Assembly (NCBI GenBank): GCA_963674745.2
Contig: CAXXDV010000001.1
Span: 1,120,001-1,184,000, forward strand
Direction: 5' to 3'
DNA from: Desulfosudaceae bacterium
Lineage (GTDB): Bacteria > Desulfobacterota > Desulfobacteria > Desulfobacterales > Desulfosudaceae
DNA: 64,000 nucleotides
The position numbers and the translations under genes are program-made. Below the pieces are notes generated by a model. It saw only the letters and a list, made by a program, of their open reading frames with translations. It was not told the origin of the DNA and ran no database searches. Below, piece by piece: positions 28,270 through 38,518 of this stretch; positions within the stretch are counted from its first letter, which is position 1; every line of letters starts with the position of its first letter.

Positions 28270-31200
28270 ATGATGACCATAAAATCCCAAGCGCTGGAAG
28301 TTAACCTGGCCAGTTATCATGTCGATGTTTCCATAGACGAGCGATACCTGGTTCTGCGCGAAATCATGGGCAAGTACCATGGCCTGATGGATCGGCTTGA
28401 CACCTTTTTAAAAGAATTATCACATCCTTACAAAAACTGGCAGTTTATTGTCAAAGAAGCCCGAACGTTTTCTCTGGACTATTTTCGTCAGATTCAGAGC
28501 CATGAAAAAGGCCCGGCCGCAGCTGATCTGTATGCCCATATTTTTTCCAGTGCGGTAAAAGCCTCAAGCAACCAGGAAGTCAAAACCGATGCCGCCGACA
28601 ATCTTCTGCTGTTTCTTTCCAAGCTGGCCAAAGAAAGTGAGCTTTCTTTATTTTTACCGGTTCTTAACAATGCCTGCGACGACATCTGGAGACTTGAGGG
28701 GGATAATTTTTTCGTCTTTGTGAACAGTTATTACCCGATAAAAAGCATCGCCGCCGGTATCTTGAACAACAACCCGTCCGGTTCTTTTATTCATATCAAC
28801 CGGCTGTTGATGAAGTATCTTGAACATGTCTATCAGCACTGGCACGGCGAAACAGACTGTCTGGCCTGGTTTGATAAAGAGATAACAGATATCGGTGAAG
28901 CAGATCCCTCTTTATTAAAACCGGTTAAAGACCTTTTAAACCAGATGTCCCATAAAAATATCGGCCTGATTTCTTCACGGCTACGGCAGTTTTCAAAACG
29001 GGAAGATATGGATGCGGGAGAGACATGCCGGCAATTGATTGATATGCCGGATTTCGCCTTTTTTGTTTCTTCCTACCGGAAACTGCCGGAAATGCTTTAC
29101 CGTATTGGCGGGTCACAAAACAAAGCGCACAGATGGAAACTGTTATCGCTTTTTCTGATTTTGAGCACATCCGGCCTTGCCCTTCTTCACGAAGAATCAT
29201 TACGGGAAATAAACACCACGCTCGGCAACCTGATTTCGAACAAAGAGCTGAAAAAAAGTCGAGAACTCATTAAGCGCACTTTTCTGATATTAAAAAAACA
29301 AATCACCCGTTTTCCGATCACGGCGCTAAACTGTGTACTGAATATCGGCAAGAGCGTTTATTACACGGATGATACTGATTTAATTAACTATTTTATCAGC
29401 TCGGTCATCGAGCTGGGATTTCACCCCCCTACGATCCAGGGTGTTGACAGTGACTGGAAAATAAAAGTCAACCGGGCCCACCTGCATAACATCAGGACCT
29501 GGCTGGCACTGGTCAGGTTAAACCCCCAGAAATCATCCCGCCTGCTGTCGGCACTGATCGTTCATCTGTCGGTCAGCGGCGTATTTGTAAGGGATATCGA
29601 CCTGTTTCCCCGGGACATAACCACACTTTTAAACAGTGACATCGGGCCTGTTTACAACCTGGTCAAACAACTGACCCGCTTAACCCCCGTTTTTTTCAAC
29701 GATATCGGGGCTGAAGGTGCCTTGAGGGACATCTCCACGGAGATAGATGAGCTGTGCCACAGAAAGGACGTCCTGGTACATTTTTTGCGGAAACAGGGAC
29801 ATGTTGAAGGAAGCAACCGCCTGATCGCCTTTATGGAAACGGCCATTGCGTTCTGGATGACCCGGGAAAAAGCCGGTCTGCAACCTTACCTGCCGCCGGA
29901 AATGTACGCCCAGGTGTCTTCAGAAGGCGATTTTGTCGACGGCATGCACGCCCTCTTCAAACACTTTGAAGAAAACGGGATTGCCATTCCAAAGGGGTTG
30001 CTGGAAATCGACAACCGGGAACTGGAAGCGCTGTGCGAACAGGTTCCGGACGTTTCCCCGCGGGACCGGAAAAGGGCGGCCCTGGCCGTGGCTTTCTATA
30101 AAATGCTTGACCAGAAATATAATATCGGTTTTACAGAAATAGAGCATTACCTTGACCAGCTGGACACCGGCAGTTTTCCGGATCTTGAGAAAATCAAGCA
30201 GGCACTGGCTGAAACCAGCACCAAAAAAAAGATTTCCGGATTAATTAAATACCTGTATCAACTAAAAGCACTGATTCTGTCTGACAAAGAATTTGAAATC
30301 CAGCAGAACATTTACGAAAAACGCCATATTACGGTTGATATACCTTCCATGTACGGCAGTTACCGGGAAACCAAGTTTGACGCCCTGGGGCTGACCTTTC
30401 GCCTGGAAGCATTGGTCAATGTGCTGTTTGAAGAAATTATCAACAGCATCAACCTGAACCTGATTACCAAAACCACTTTTTTTGAAATTTACAACTGCTT
30501 GAAACTGCTTGTCAGCGCATTGTCTCTGGACGGTTGCCCGACCAAAGAAATCGACCTTCAACTGGAGCTGTTGTCTCAGGCATTAAAATCAAGGGGGTTT
30601 TCCTTTTCACAGTTTCTGGATATTTTCAAACGCCTGGCCAAAGCGGTTCAAAACATTATCAACGATCACTATCGCAATATATATGACCAGAACCTTTCCC
30701 GAATTATTCCCAAGCTGCCCACCAGCGTCATTCTTGACAAATATCTGCCGGACAATAAGGGTAATGGTCAGATTGAACGGGGAAAACTGGTATACCGGAT
30801 ATCTGAAATTTTTTATCGGGAAAAAATAGCGCTCTCTTTTGGCATGGCACAGCTTGACCTTTTTCTGACGCGAATTCTCCAAGTGCTGTTTCTTCAGCAG
30901 AACGAACTGCCGCCGGAAAGACTGGCCCGGCTGCTGAATTACGACCCGGCCAGAATCATTGCCCGGATCGATGAAAAAGAAATCCAGAAATACGGCATTA
31001 TTCACCTGGGAAACAAGGGCTTTAACCTGATCAGCTTAAAAAGCAACGGATGTCCTGTGCCTCCGGGTTTTATTATTACAACGGAAGTGTTCAAGTGCCG
31101 GGAAATTATAGATTCCTACAAGCCGGCTGAAAACATTTTCAAACAGGCCCTTTTGCGGCATCTCCACCGCCTGGAAAAAGAAACCGGAAAAACATTTGGA

Positions 31201-32487
31201 GACCCGAAAAACCCTCTGTTGCTGTCGGTTAGAAGCGGCGCTTCCATCTCCCAACCGGGAATGATGGATACGTCCCTTAATGTCGGTATTAACGAAGATA
31301 TTGCTTTCGGCCTGGCCGAAAAAACCGGCAACACCTGGTTTGCATGGGATAATTATCGCCGTTTTATTCAATGTTATGGTATGGCTTTCGGCTTGAACAG
31401 GGACACCTTCAGCGCCATTATGACCCGCCACAAGAAAAAGTGGGGCGTTCAGTTGAAAAGGCAGTTCACCGGAGAGCAGATGAAGCAGCTGGCCAGAGAC
31501 TATCGGGCGGCGGTCGAGGCGGCCGGAATTGACATTGTAGACGATCCTTTTGAGCAGCTTTACGCCACCATAAAAACCGTGTTTGATTCCTGGTACTCTC
31601 AAAAAGCCAAGACCTATCGGCATATTGTCGGCATTTCCGACGACTGGGGAACAGCCGTAACCGTTCAGGCAATGGTGTATGGAAATCTGACCTCGAAAAG
31701 CTCCGGCAGTGGCGTTATCTTTACCCACAGCCCCAAGATATCCGGAGACAGTCTTATGCTCTGGGGTGATTTTACCATAGGCAATCAGGGAGAAGATGTT
31801 GTGGCCGGGCTGGTGACGACACTGCCGATTTCGATCAGACAAAAAAATCTGGAACAACGAAAAACCGACGTCACCCTTGAGACCCAGTTTCCGTCAATAT
31901 ATAAGTCGCTTACCAAGTTGGTCAACCAGCTGATTTATGACCATGGCTGGAACCCCCAGGAAATAGAATTTACATTCGAAGGGCCCGACGAAAAAAACCT
32001 TTTCCTGCTGCAGACACGCAACATGACCATCCGAGAACAGAAAAGCATTCTGATTTTTGACCCCGAAGATGTGCTGGAAAGCGAACGGTTTCTGGGCCAC
32101 GGCATCGGCGTAAGCGGCGGCGCCATGGGCGGACGAATTGTTTTTACCCTGGATGAAATCGATCAGTGGTCAAGGGTCGAGCCGGACACGAGCCTGATTC
32201 TTGTCAGGCGGGATACCGTGCCGGATGATATCCTTGAGCTTTCTGCTGCGGACGGTCTGCTGACGGCCCGGGGCGGACTTTCCTCACACGCCGCGGTTCT
32301 GGCCCACAGCCTGGGCAAAACCTGTGTCGTGGGTTGCAGCAGCCTGATATGCAACGAAGCGGAAAAAACCTGTTTGTTTAATAACGTCCGCCTGTCTTCA
32401 GGGGACTATATCAGTATTGACGGTTCTGAGGGGGCCGTTTATCTCGGCTTGCTGAAAACCCGGCAGGTAGAAACCCCCTCTTCTTAA
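28270..32487 (+). CDS. PPDK-like dikinase: long N-terminal region, ATP-grasp domain, phospho-His domain
   Basis: GNKG..L, PVPPGF, PLLLSVRSG..SQPGMMDT, QAMVYGN, QGEDVVAG, EIEFT..LQTR, GGLSSHAAV. Confidence 0.88.
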   Translation: MMTIKSQALEVNLASYHVDVSIDERYLVLREIMGKYHGLMDRLDTFLKELSHPYKNWQFIVKEARTFSLDYFRQIQSHEKGPAAADLYAHIFSSAVKASSNQEVKTDAADNLLLFLSKLAKESELSLFLPVLNNACDDIWRLEGDNFFVFVNSYYPIKSIAAGILNNNPSGSFIHINRLLMKYLEHVYQHWHGETDCLAWFDKEITDIGEADPSLLKPVKDLLNQMSHKNIGLISSRLRQFSKREDMDAGETCRQLIDMPDFAFFVSSYRKLPEMLYRIGGSQNKAHRWKLLSLFLILSTSGLALLHEESLREINTTLGNLISNKELKKSRELIKRTFLILKKQITRFPITALNCVLNIGKSVYYTDDTDLINYFISSVIELGFHPPTIQGVDSDWKIKVNRAHLHNIRTWLALVRLNPQKSSRLLSALIVHLSVSGVFVRDIDLFPRDITTLLNSDIGPVYNLVKQLTRLTPVFFNDIGAEGALRDISTEIDELCHRKDVLVHFLRKQGHVEGSNRLIAFMETAIAFWMTREKAGLQPYLPPEMYAQVSSEGDFVDGMHALFKHFEENGIAIPKGLLEIDNRELEALCEQVPDVSPRDRKRAALAVAFYKMLDQKYNIGFTEIEHYLDQLDTGSFPDLEKIKQALAETSTKKKISGLIKYLYQLKALILSDKEFEIQQNIYEKRHITVDIPSMYGSYRETKFDALGLTFRLEALVNVLFEEIINSINLNLITKTTFFEIYNCLKLLVSALSLDGCPTKEIDLQLELLSQALKSRGFSFSQFLDIFKRLAKAVQNIINDHYRNIYDQNLSRIIPKLPTSVILDKYLPDNKGNGQIERGKLVYRISEIFYREKIALSFGMAQLDLFLTRILQVLFLQQNELPPERLARLLNYDPARIIARIDEKEIQKYGIIHLGNKGFNLISLKSNGCPVPPGFIITTEVFKCREIIDSYKPAENIFKQALLRHLHRLEKETGKTFGDPKNPLLLSVRSGASISQPGMMDTSLNVGINEDIAFGLAEKTGNTWFAWDNYRRFIQCYGMAFGLNRDTFSAIMTRHKKKWGVQLKRQFTGEQMKQLARDYRAAVEAAGIDIVDDPFEQLYATIKTVFDSWYSQKAKTYRHIVGISDDWGTAVTVQAMVYGNLTSKSSGSGVIFTHSPKISGDSLMLWGDFTIGNQGEDVVAGLVTTLPISIRQKNLEQRKTDVTLETQFPSIYKSLTKLVNQLIYDHGWNPQEIEFTFEGPDEKNLFLLQTRNMTIREQKSILIFDPEDVLESERFLGHGIGVSGGAMGGRIVFTLDEIDQWSRVEPDTSLILVRRDTVPDDILELSAADGLLTARGGLSSHAAVLAHSLGKTCVVGCSSLICNEAEKTCLFNNVRLSSGDYISIDGSEGAVYLGLLKTRQVETPSS

Positions 32488-32529
32488 TTTATCAACAAAG
32501 GGATAACAAACATATAAGTAGGTGATATC

Positions 32530-33786
32530 ATGAATGAACAAAATTCCATCAGCCTGGGTATAAACGGATTGGGTCGAATCGGCAAGCTGACCCTGTGGCA
32601 TCATGTCGGGCGGAAATTTTTTGACCGGATCGTGGTTAATATCGGACGCCATGCGGGAACGTCCCTGGCGGATATTGCACATTATCTGGAGAGAGATTCA
32701 ACCTATGGTGCATTGCATACCTTTTTACATGGCCAAAACGCCGAACCGGTCATCAGCGACATTCACGAACAAAACGGGGAAATGACCATCAATGGTGTCT
32801 GCGTACGGTTTTTAAGAACAGAAAGAAACCCGGCCGACATCAACTGGCGTGACCATGACGTAAAAATGGTGGTTGATACGACCGGCAATTTCCTCGATCC
32901 GACAACACCGGCCGACCATGCCAAAGGCTCGCTCAGGGGGCATCTGTCAGCGGGCGCGGAAAAGGTTGTTCTTTCCGCACCTTTTAAAATAAAAGACAAA
33001 CAGGCCGACATGCCGGAAGATGCCGTTACGACGGTTATGGGCATCAATGAAAACGATTATGATCCCCGAAAACACCTTCTGGTTTCAAACGCCTCCTGCA
33101 CCACCACCTGTCTGGCCCATATGATCAAACCCGTTCTGGATCATTTCGGTCCCAAAAAGATACTCTCTGCTTCAATGGCCACTGTGCACTCGGCCACAGC
33201 CAGCCAGAATGTTTTAGACCGCCTTGCCAAAGACGGAAAAACCGACCTTCGGAAAAACCGCAGCGTGTTTAACAACATTATTTTAACCACCACCGGTGCA
33301 GCCAAAGCGCTCCGTCTGGTTATCCCGGAAATGAGCCAGATCGGCTTTATCGCTGAATCCGTCAGAATACCCACGGTCACCGGTTCTCTGATTATCCTGG
33401 TATTGAATCTGCAAGAAGACATCAAGGGAGAAGATATTCGACGGGAGCTGGTTCAAAACATATACAGACAGGCAGCCGATGAAGACCCCAGAAAATACCT
33501 TCTATATACGGATCAACAGAATGTGTCCGCGGACATTATTGGCAACCCCAAAGCCGCAACCATTATCGAAGGCAGCGAAATCCACACCAGAACCGCGGAA
33601 GTCGCCATCGACCTTGAGCATGTGCCCGGACTCAATCAAGATATTCTGTCTTCGCTTCCGGATACCGTTCTGAGGGTTCCGGTCACCCAGACGGTCATCT
33701 ATGGGTGGTATGACAACGAAATGGGCAGTTATGTCAATATGCTGGGTGACCGTTGCGTTTCAATAGCAGAAAGTCTGCTGGGGTAA
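32530..33786 (+). CDS. gap: Glyceraldehyde-3-phosphate dehydrogenase family
   Basis: GINGLGRIG, SNASCTTTCLA, TTGAAKA, WYDNE. Confidence 0.92.
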   Translation: MNEQNSISLGINGLGRIGKLTLWHHVGRKFFDRIVVNIGRHAGTSLADIAHYLERDSTYGALHTFLHGQNAEPVISDIHEQNGEMTINGVCVRFLRTERNPADINWRDHDVKMVVDTTGNFLDPTTPADHAKGSLRGHLSAGAEKVVLSAPFKIKDKQADMPEDAVTTVMGINENDYDPRKHLLVSNASCTTTCLAHMIKPVLDHFGPKKILSASMATVHSATASQNVLDRLAKDGKTDLRKNRSVFNNIILTTTGAAKALRLVIPEMSQIGFIAESVRIPTVTGSLIILVLNLQEDIKGEDIRRELVQNIYRQAADEDPRKYLLYTDQQNVSADIIGNPKAATIIEGSEIHTRTAEVAIDLEHVPGLNQDILSSLPDTVLRVPVTQTVIYGWYDNEMGSYVNMLGDRCVSIAESLLG

Positions 33787-33845
33787 AAGCGCTTGACAAT
33801 CACCGTTTATGCCTTTACGAATAAACACGCCCTTTTTTATGGCCA

Positions 33846-34280
33846 ATGCAAACCGTTCTGAAACCGGATAAGCCCATGTTTGAAAAGAAGATTTTATTCA
33901 TCGACGATGAAGGTTCCCAGCGTGATATTATGGAACGATTTATTCCCAGGCTCGGTTACGCCGTTAAAACGGCAGCTTCCTCCGAATCCGCTCTGGAAAT
34001 ATTAAAAACCGAGTATTTTCCGCTGATCATTACGGATTTAAGTATGCCGGGGATGGATGGGCTGGAACTGTGCCGGCGAATCAAGCAGATAAACCCGAAC
34101 ATTATTATTTACGCCTTGTCCGGTTATATTGCCTCTTTTGAAGAGCAGAAACTTGAAGCCTGTGGATTTGACGGTTATTTGAGCAAGCCCTCCAGTTCCC
34201 AGACACTTAAACAGGCCATTGACGGCGCCTTTGAAATGATAAAACGGCTCCACGCCGACCAGACCGGCCCGGAGGGATAA
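33846..34280 (+). CDS. Single-domain response regulator
   Basis: ILFIDDE, TDLSMPGMDG, YLSKP. Confidence 0.9.
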   Translation: MQTVLKPDKPMFEKKILFIDDEGSQRDIMERFIPRLGYAVKTAASSESALEILKTEYFPLIITDLSMPGMDGLELCRRIKQINPNIIIYALSGYIASFEEQKLEACGFDGYLSKPSSSQTLKQAIDGAFEMIKRLHADQTGPEG

Positions 34281-34301
34281 TGCGTCCGGGCGCTATTAAT
34301 C

Positions 34302-34340
34302 AAAATAGACACGGCTTTCAGTGTTTGCCGTGTCTATTTT
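34302..34340. terminator. Bidirectional intrinsic terminator
   Basis: AAAATAGACACGGC...GCCGTGTCTATTTT between convergent genes. Confidence 0.8.
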
Positions 34341-34397
34341 AAATTTTCGCTTAAAACCGGAATGCCGTTCTCAGGCGCTATTTCCCGGTTATTGAGA

Positions 34398-34985
34398 CTA
34401 TTTTCCCAAAAGGTCCTTGGCCATAACCTGCAGCAGTTTTTCCGTGCGGTCTCCCAACCAAATCCCGAAAAGGGCCTGTTTGACATTCAGCCCCGGAACC
34501 AGAACCTCGGGTTCTGCTTTTCCGTTTTTATAAACATACGTACCTTTTCCTTTTACGTACTGGATCTCAAACACATCTCCCTTGCTGATCTCTTCTGAAA
34601 AGGCCGTCAGGAACAAATCAATTTCCTTTTGAATCGGTTTGGTATTGCCGCCGGTGGACTCCTCAAAGCCGACCAGGGTGGCATGTGTAAACTTTTCCGA
34701 AGAGACCAGGCCGGTCAGGATCTGGATTTTAAGCATCATGGTTTCATCAGCCATAATGATGGCCTGCCCGTCGGAAGTCTTGTTTTTCACATAAAGAGCA
34801 ATCGCGTAAATATCAATGGGAACGAACACGATTTTTTTCGCTCTTACACCAGCACCATTTAAAAACACTTGTTCACCCGCAACCGTCACCGTATCCGGAA
34901 AGGTTACCCCTTCAACAACAACCGCGCCGGCCATCGGCGCCAAAAACAAAATCAAAAATACCGCTACCATAAATTTTCTGATCAT
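34398..34985 (-). CDS. Chalcone isomerase-like exported protein
   Basis: Signal peptide; LNGAGVR.K...IYAIALY, ALFGIWLG. Confidence 0.85.
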   Translation of the reverse strand: MIRKFMVAVFLILFLAPMAGAVVVEGVTFPDTVTVAGEQVFLNGAGVRAKKIVFVPIDIYAIALYVKNKTSDGQAIIMADETMMLKIQILTGLVSSEKFTHATLVGFEESTGGNTKPIQKEIDLFLTAFSEEISKGDVFEIQYVKGKGTYVYKNGKAEPEVLVPGLNVKQALFGIWLGDRTEKLLQVMAKDLLGK

Positions 34986-35069
34986 GACTGGTCTCCTTTT
35001 CGTTTTTTAGCAGCTATTGTGTTTTTCTGTTTGGGGTTGTTCCCGACGGTTGATGCCGGGTCTCTTTTA

Positions 35070-36239
35070 TCAGGTTGACAGCGTTGCCGCCAGCACATCC
35101 AGGTAAAACCGGGCATGACTGATATGGGACGCCATGTTGGCCCGGTGGTTGGCAAAAATGCCGTCAAGGTCGCCTTCCAGCACCACCAGCGGATCCATTT
35201 CTGAGGCTTCCTGGCAGGCATGAATGGCATGGTGAAGCACATCCATGGCTCTTCTGGTAACCAGCGTTTCCTGAAAGTCCTCGGTCACGGCTTGCAGAAC
35301 AGGCAGGATCGCCATAGAAACACCCTTGGCATAATAAAAATAATCATCGGCGGCAAATGTGCTCACCGGCGTACCGTCTTTTTCGGTTGCTTTCACCAGG
35401 TTGTCGTCACAACTGCCCAGCAGGTCGGCAAATGCCACCAGCAGGGGAATCAGGTTGTCCGCCCGGGTATAAAACTCGGCATCCCCCGCGATAAGCCGTT
35501 TTTTATAAGTCCGTAACTCCTTCAGCCCTTCTTCATATTTTGATTCCGCTGACGGCAACAGGTAGCTGTCCGGGTCGATCATGAAGCAGTTCATGGCCCG
35601 TTCCAGGTTTTCATCCAGCACATTGGTCGTTCCCGTACGGGAAATCCGCTCCGCCAGCCTTGTCGCCGACCGGCGCGTCGCCTCTAAAATACCCAGTTGA
35701 ATGTTATTCACATTATCCGTGTATTCCACCACGTCATTCGGGCGCCAGCCCAGGTATCGCTCTTTAAGCTCAAAATCAAGCGGTTTTATCACCGCGCTGA
35801 CAAACGCCACGCCCCGGACCTGGGGCTCTGCTGAATGGCCCTCGGCTTCGGTTACCGTTTCGGCATTGCCATGGACGGCCACACCGTGTTTTATGGCTTC
35901 CGCCTTGGGCCTGGAATGAACGGCCTGATTACCGGAAACGGCTTTGGCCGTGGCAGCCTCCGTCTCATCGGCATGCGTCAGATTCTGGTGGCCAACGGCA
36001 CTCTGCGCGTCGGCATGCTGTGCCACCTCGGGCGATGTTGTGCCGGCATGATTGTTCTGACTGACGGGAGCCGCCTGATGAGCGTCGGTGTCTTTGTGAA
36101 TTTTTTCCAGATAATTTATGGCCATTACCGCAACCCATAGGACAAAGGCCGCGATAACCAACGCCCCGAGCACCCTGCCCCAGAAAAAAACGGTGAAATT
36201 ATCCTCCACCGCAGCGTTTTTTTGATTGGACTTCTTCAT
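35070..36239 (-). CDS. DUF2333 family protein
   Basis: N-terminal TM; GWRPND..DN..N.QLG, PSAESKY, FYTRADNL, ADDYFYYAKG, ANHR. Confidence 0.8.
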   Translation of the reverse strand: MKKSNQKNAAVEDNFTVFFWGRVLGALVIAAFVLWVAVMAINYLEKIHKDTDAHQAAPVSQNNHAGTTSPEVAQHADAQSAVGHQNLTHADETEAATAKAVSGNQAVHSRPKAEAIKHGVAVHGNAETVTEAEGHSAEPQVRGVAFVSAVIKPLDFELKERYLGWRPNDVVEYTDNVNNIQLGILEATRRSATRLAERISRTGTTNVLDENLERAMNCFMIDPDSYLLPSAESKYEEGLKELRTYKKRLIAGDAEFYTRADNLIPLLVAFADLLGSCDDNLVKATEKDGTPVSTFAADDYFYYAKGVSMAILPVLQAVTEDFQETLVTRRAMDVLHHAIHACQEASEMDPLVVLEGDLDGIFANHRANMASHISHARFYLDVLAATLST

Positions 36240-36261
36240 AAGGTTCTTTCTCCCTGTTCCA

Positions 36262-38169
36262 CTATCTTAATTTTCTTTCATCTCCAATGCGAATCGTCAC
36301 TTTGAGGGAATCAAAGTATTCAATCAGCGGTATTGTATACTTCCGGGAAACATTTGTCATTTCTTTAAATTCCGGTGTGGAGATTTTTTCATTCTTCTTT
36401 AAAAAATCAACTAACCGTTGTTTAAGCCGTTCAATAACACCTGCCGGAAAATATAAATCCTCTTTTACTTTGACCAGCTTTCCTTCTTCAACCAGATGCA
36501 AAAGCACATCCTTGATCAGCTTTGGTTCTTCTGTTGAAAAATCCGCCAACAGTTCTTTTGTGACCGGTGGTGTCAGGCCCGCATTGTTATAACGATCCAG
36601 TATTTTGCCTCTGACGTCAGCATGAGCGGACGGAAGGGACACGGCATGGCCGGACAGGCGGATAACATCCTCATCCTGACATATTTGCTCTTCTTTCATC
36701 ATGCGAGCCAGCACCAGTTCAACCAGCTTAACCCCCGATTGTCGGCTTATTCTCGACTTGATTTCCTGCTTGGACATCCCTTTCTTTAAAGGGTTGTCCT
36801 TATGAAACCGCTCCAGTATCCCGACAATGGTTTGAGCCGTCTGGTCCATGATCTGATGATGAATGAAAAGCCGTCGGTCTTTGTCAAGCAGCACGATTTT
36901 CCGAACCGACAAGAGCGCATCCAGCGCTTGCTGCAGCATCCGATCACTTGTGTTGGTCATTACTTTGAGCACAACGAAAGACACGCCTTGATCAAGCGCC
37001 TGTCGACACTGAAACAAAATAACCTCTTCAAGCGAACCGGTGTTTAGCTTTTCCAGGGCTTCGGCCAGTGTCCGCCGGTATCGCCTGTGTTTGGACGGCA
37101 CCGGGTTCAGAACACGACCACCGCCAATGGTCCTGATCGGTGAAGAACTCCTGACAACAATTCTGTCATCCCTGACGCAAACCACCGGTGATTTGAGCCG
37201 CAACTGAACGGGTGCTGTTTCACCCGGCAACAGCTCCTCCCGATCCAGCAAAATGACGTTTCCAAAAAACTCGCCTGTTCCCGCATATACCCGCACCGCG
37301 GCGCGGTTCTTCAATGCCTTGGCGTTATTTTTAAGATATTCAAAATAAACATCCAGCATGTAACTGGGCGTCAGCCTGCCCGGCATGCTCAACACGTTTC
37401 CCCGGGAGACGCGTTCTTTGTCAATTCCCTGAAAATTTACGGCCGTTCGCATGCCGGTTTCAGCCTCGACCACCTGTTGACCGTGTACCTGCAAACCACG
37501 GACTTTTGACTGAACTTCGGTAGGATAAAGCTGAACCGTTTCGCCGGTTTTAATTGAGCCCGAAACCAGTGTTCCGGTGATCACCGTTCCAAAGCCCTTC
37601 ATTGAAAAAACCCTGTCAACCGGGAGCCGAAGCAGTCCGTTCTGACTGCGGGCGGGAAGATCGGCCACGATATCGGCCACAATTTGCGGGAATTCAGCCA
37701 TGCCCTGACCGGTTACGGCTGAAACCGGCAGGACCGGCGCGTTCTCCAGAAACGTCCCCCGGGTAAAGTCCTGGATATCTTCTTTGACCAGCTCCCGTAA
37801 TTCTTCATCGACAAGATCGATCTTGGTCAGCAGGACCAGCCCGTGGGTAATTCCCAGCAAGGTACAAATATCCATGTGCTCGCGGGTCTGAGGCATGACA
37901 CCTTCATCAGCGGCAATGATCATGGCCACCAGATCGATACCGGAGGCACCGGCCACCATGTTTTTGATAAACTTTTCGTGCCCCGGCACATCTACAATAC
38001 CGACCAGTTGCCCCCCCGGCAGGCGCAGGGAGGCAAAGCCCAGCTCTATCGTTATGCCGCGCCGTTTTTCTTCCTGCAGCCGATCGGGGTCGATGCCGGT
38101 CAGCGCCTTTACAAAGCTGGATTTGCCATGATCAATATGGCCTGCCGTGCCCAGAACGAATTGATCCAA
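36262..38169 (-). CDS. selB: Selenocysteine-specific translation elongation factor
   Basis: [28 protein letters not shown]-terminal winged helix [13 protein letters not shown]. Confidence 0.96.
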   Translation of the reverse strand: MDQFVLGTAGHIDHGKSSFVKALTGIDPDRLQEEKRRGITIELGFASLRLPGGQLVGIVDVPGHEKFIKNMVAGASGIDLVAMIIAADEGVMPQTREHMDICTLLGITHGLVLLTKIDLVDEELRELVKEDIQDFTRGTFLENAPVLPVSAVTGQGMAEFPQIVADIVADLPARSQNGLLRLPVDRVFSMKGFGTVITGTLVSGSIKTGETVQLYPTEVQSKVRGLQVHGQQVVEAETGMRTAVNFQGIDKERVSRGNVLSMPGRLTPSYMLDVYFEYLKNNAKALKNRAAVRVYAGTGEFFGNVILLDREELLPGETAPVQLRLKSPVVCVRDDRIVVRSSSPIRTIGGGRVLNPVPSKHRRYRRTLAEALEKLNTGSLEEVILFQCRQALDQGVSFVVLKVMTNTSDRMLQQALDALLSVRKIVLLDKDRRLFIHHQIMDQTAQTIVGILERFHKDNPLKKGMSKQEIKSRISRQSGVKLVELVLARMMKEEQICQDEDVIRLSGHAVSLPSAHADVRGKILDRYNNAGLTPPVTKELLADFSTEEPKLIKDVLLHLVEEGKLVKVKEDLYFPAGVIERLKQRLVDFLKKNEKISTPEFKEMTNVSRKYTIPLIEYFDSLKVTIRIGDERKLR

Positions 38170-38185
38170 CAGAACGCCTCCAATT

Positions 38186-38365
38186 CTATTCCCTGTTCTT
38201 GCGCCTGCCCCTTAAATAATCAAAGACATACGCCAGAAACACCAGAAGGATACCAACCTCGGCGATGGTTGTCCAGGTCGCTTCCGGAAAGAAAATTCTT
38301 GTCAAAAAGAAAGCGAAAAAAGCGCCCATCAGCGCTCTGATAATGAAAATCATCAGTTTCGTCAT
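38186..38365 (-). CDS. Small two-TM membrane protein upstream of selB
   Basis: MTKLMIFIIRALMGAFFAFFLTRIFFP...YVFDYLRGRRKNRE; 16 bp before the selB start. Confidence 0.6.
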   Translation of the reverse strand: MTKLMIFIIRALMGAFFAFFLTRIFFPEATWTTIAEVGILLVFLAYVFDYLRGRRKNRE

Positions 38366-38451
38366 AGCGGTTACCTTGAAAAGCAAAAAACCCAACCTGC
38401 GATTTTTACAGATAATACAGACATCGGCCGGGGTCAATCTATTAATCAAAA

Positions 38452-38488
38452 AGAAAGAGCCCGGCTGAACAACAACCGGGCTCTTTCT
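38452..38488 (-). terminator. Intrinsic terminator after the Fe-S oxidoreductase gene
   Basis: AGAAAGAGCCCGG...CCGGGCTCTTTCT stem with a T-run on the minus strand. Confidence 0.75.
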
Positions 38489-38518
38489 GGTTCATTAGCA
38501 TATGGTTCGATCGCTTAG

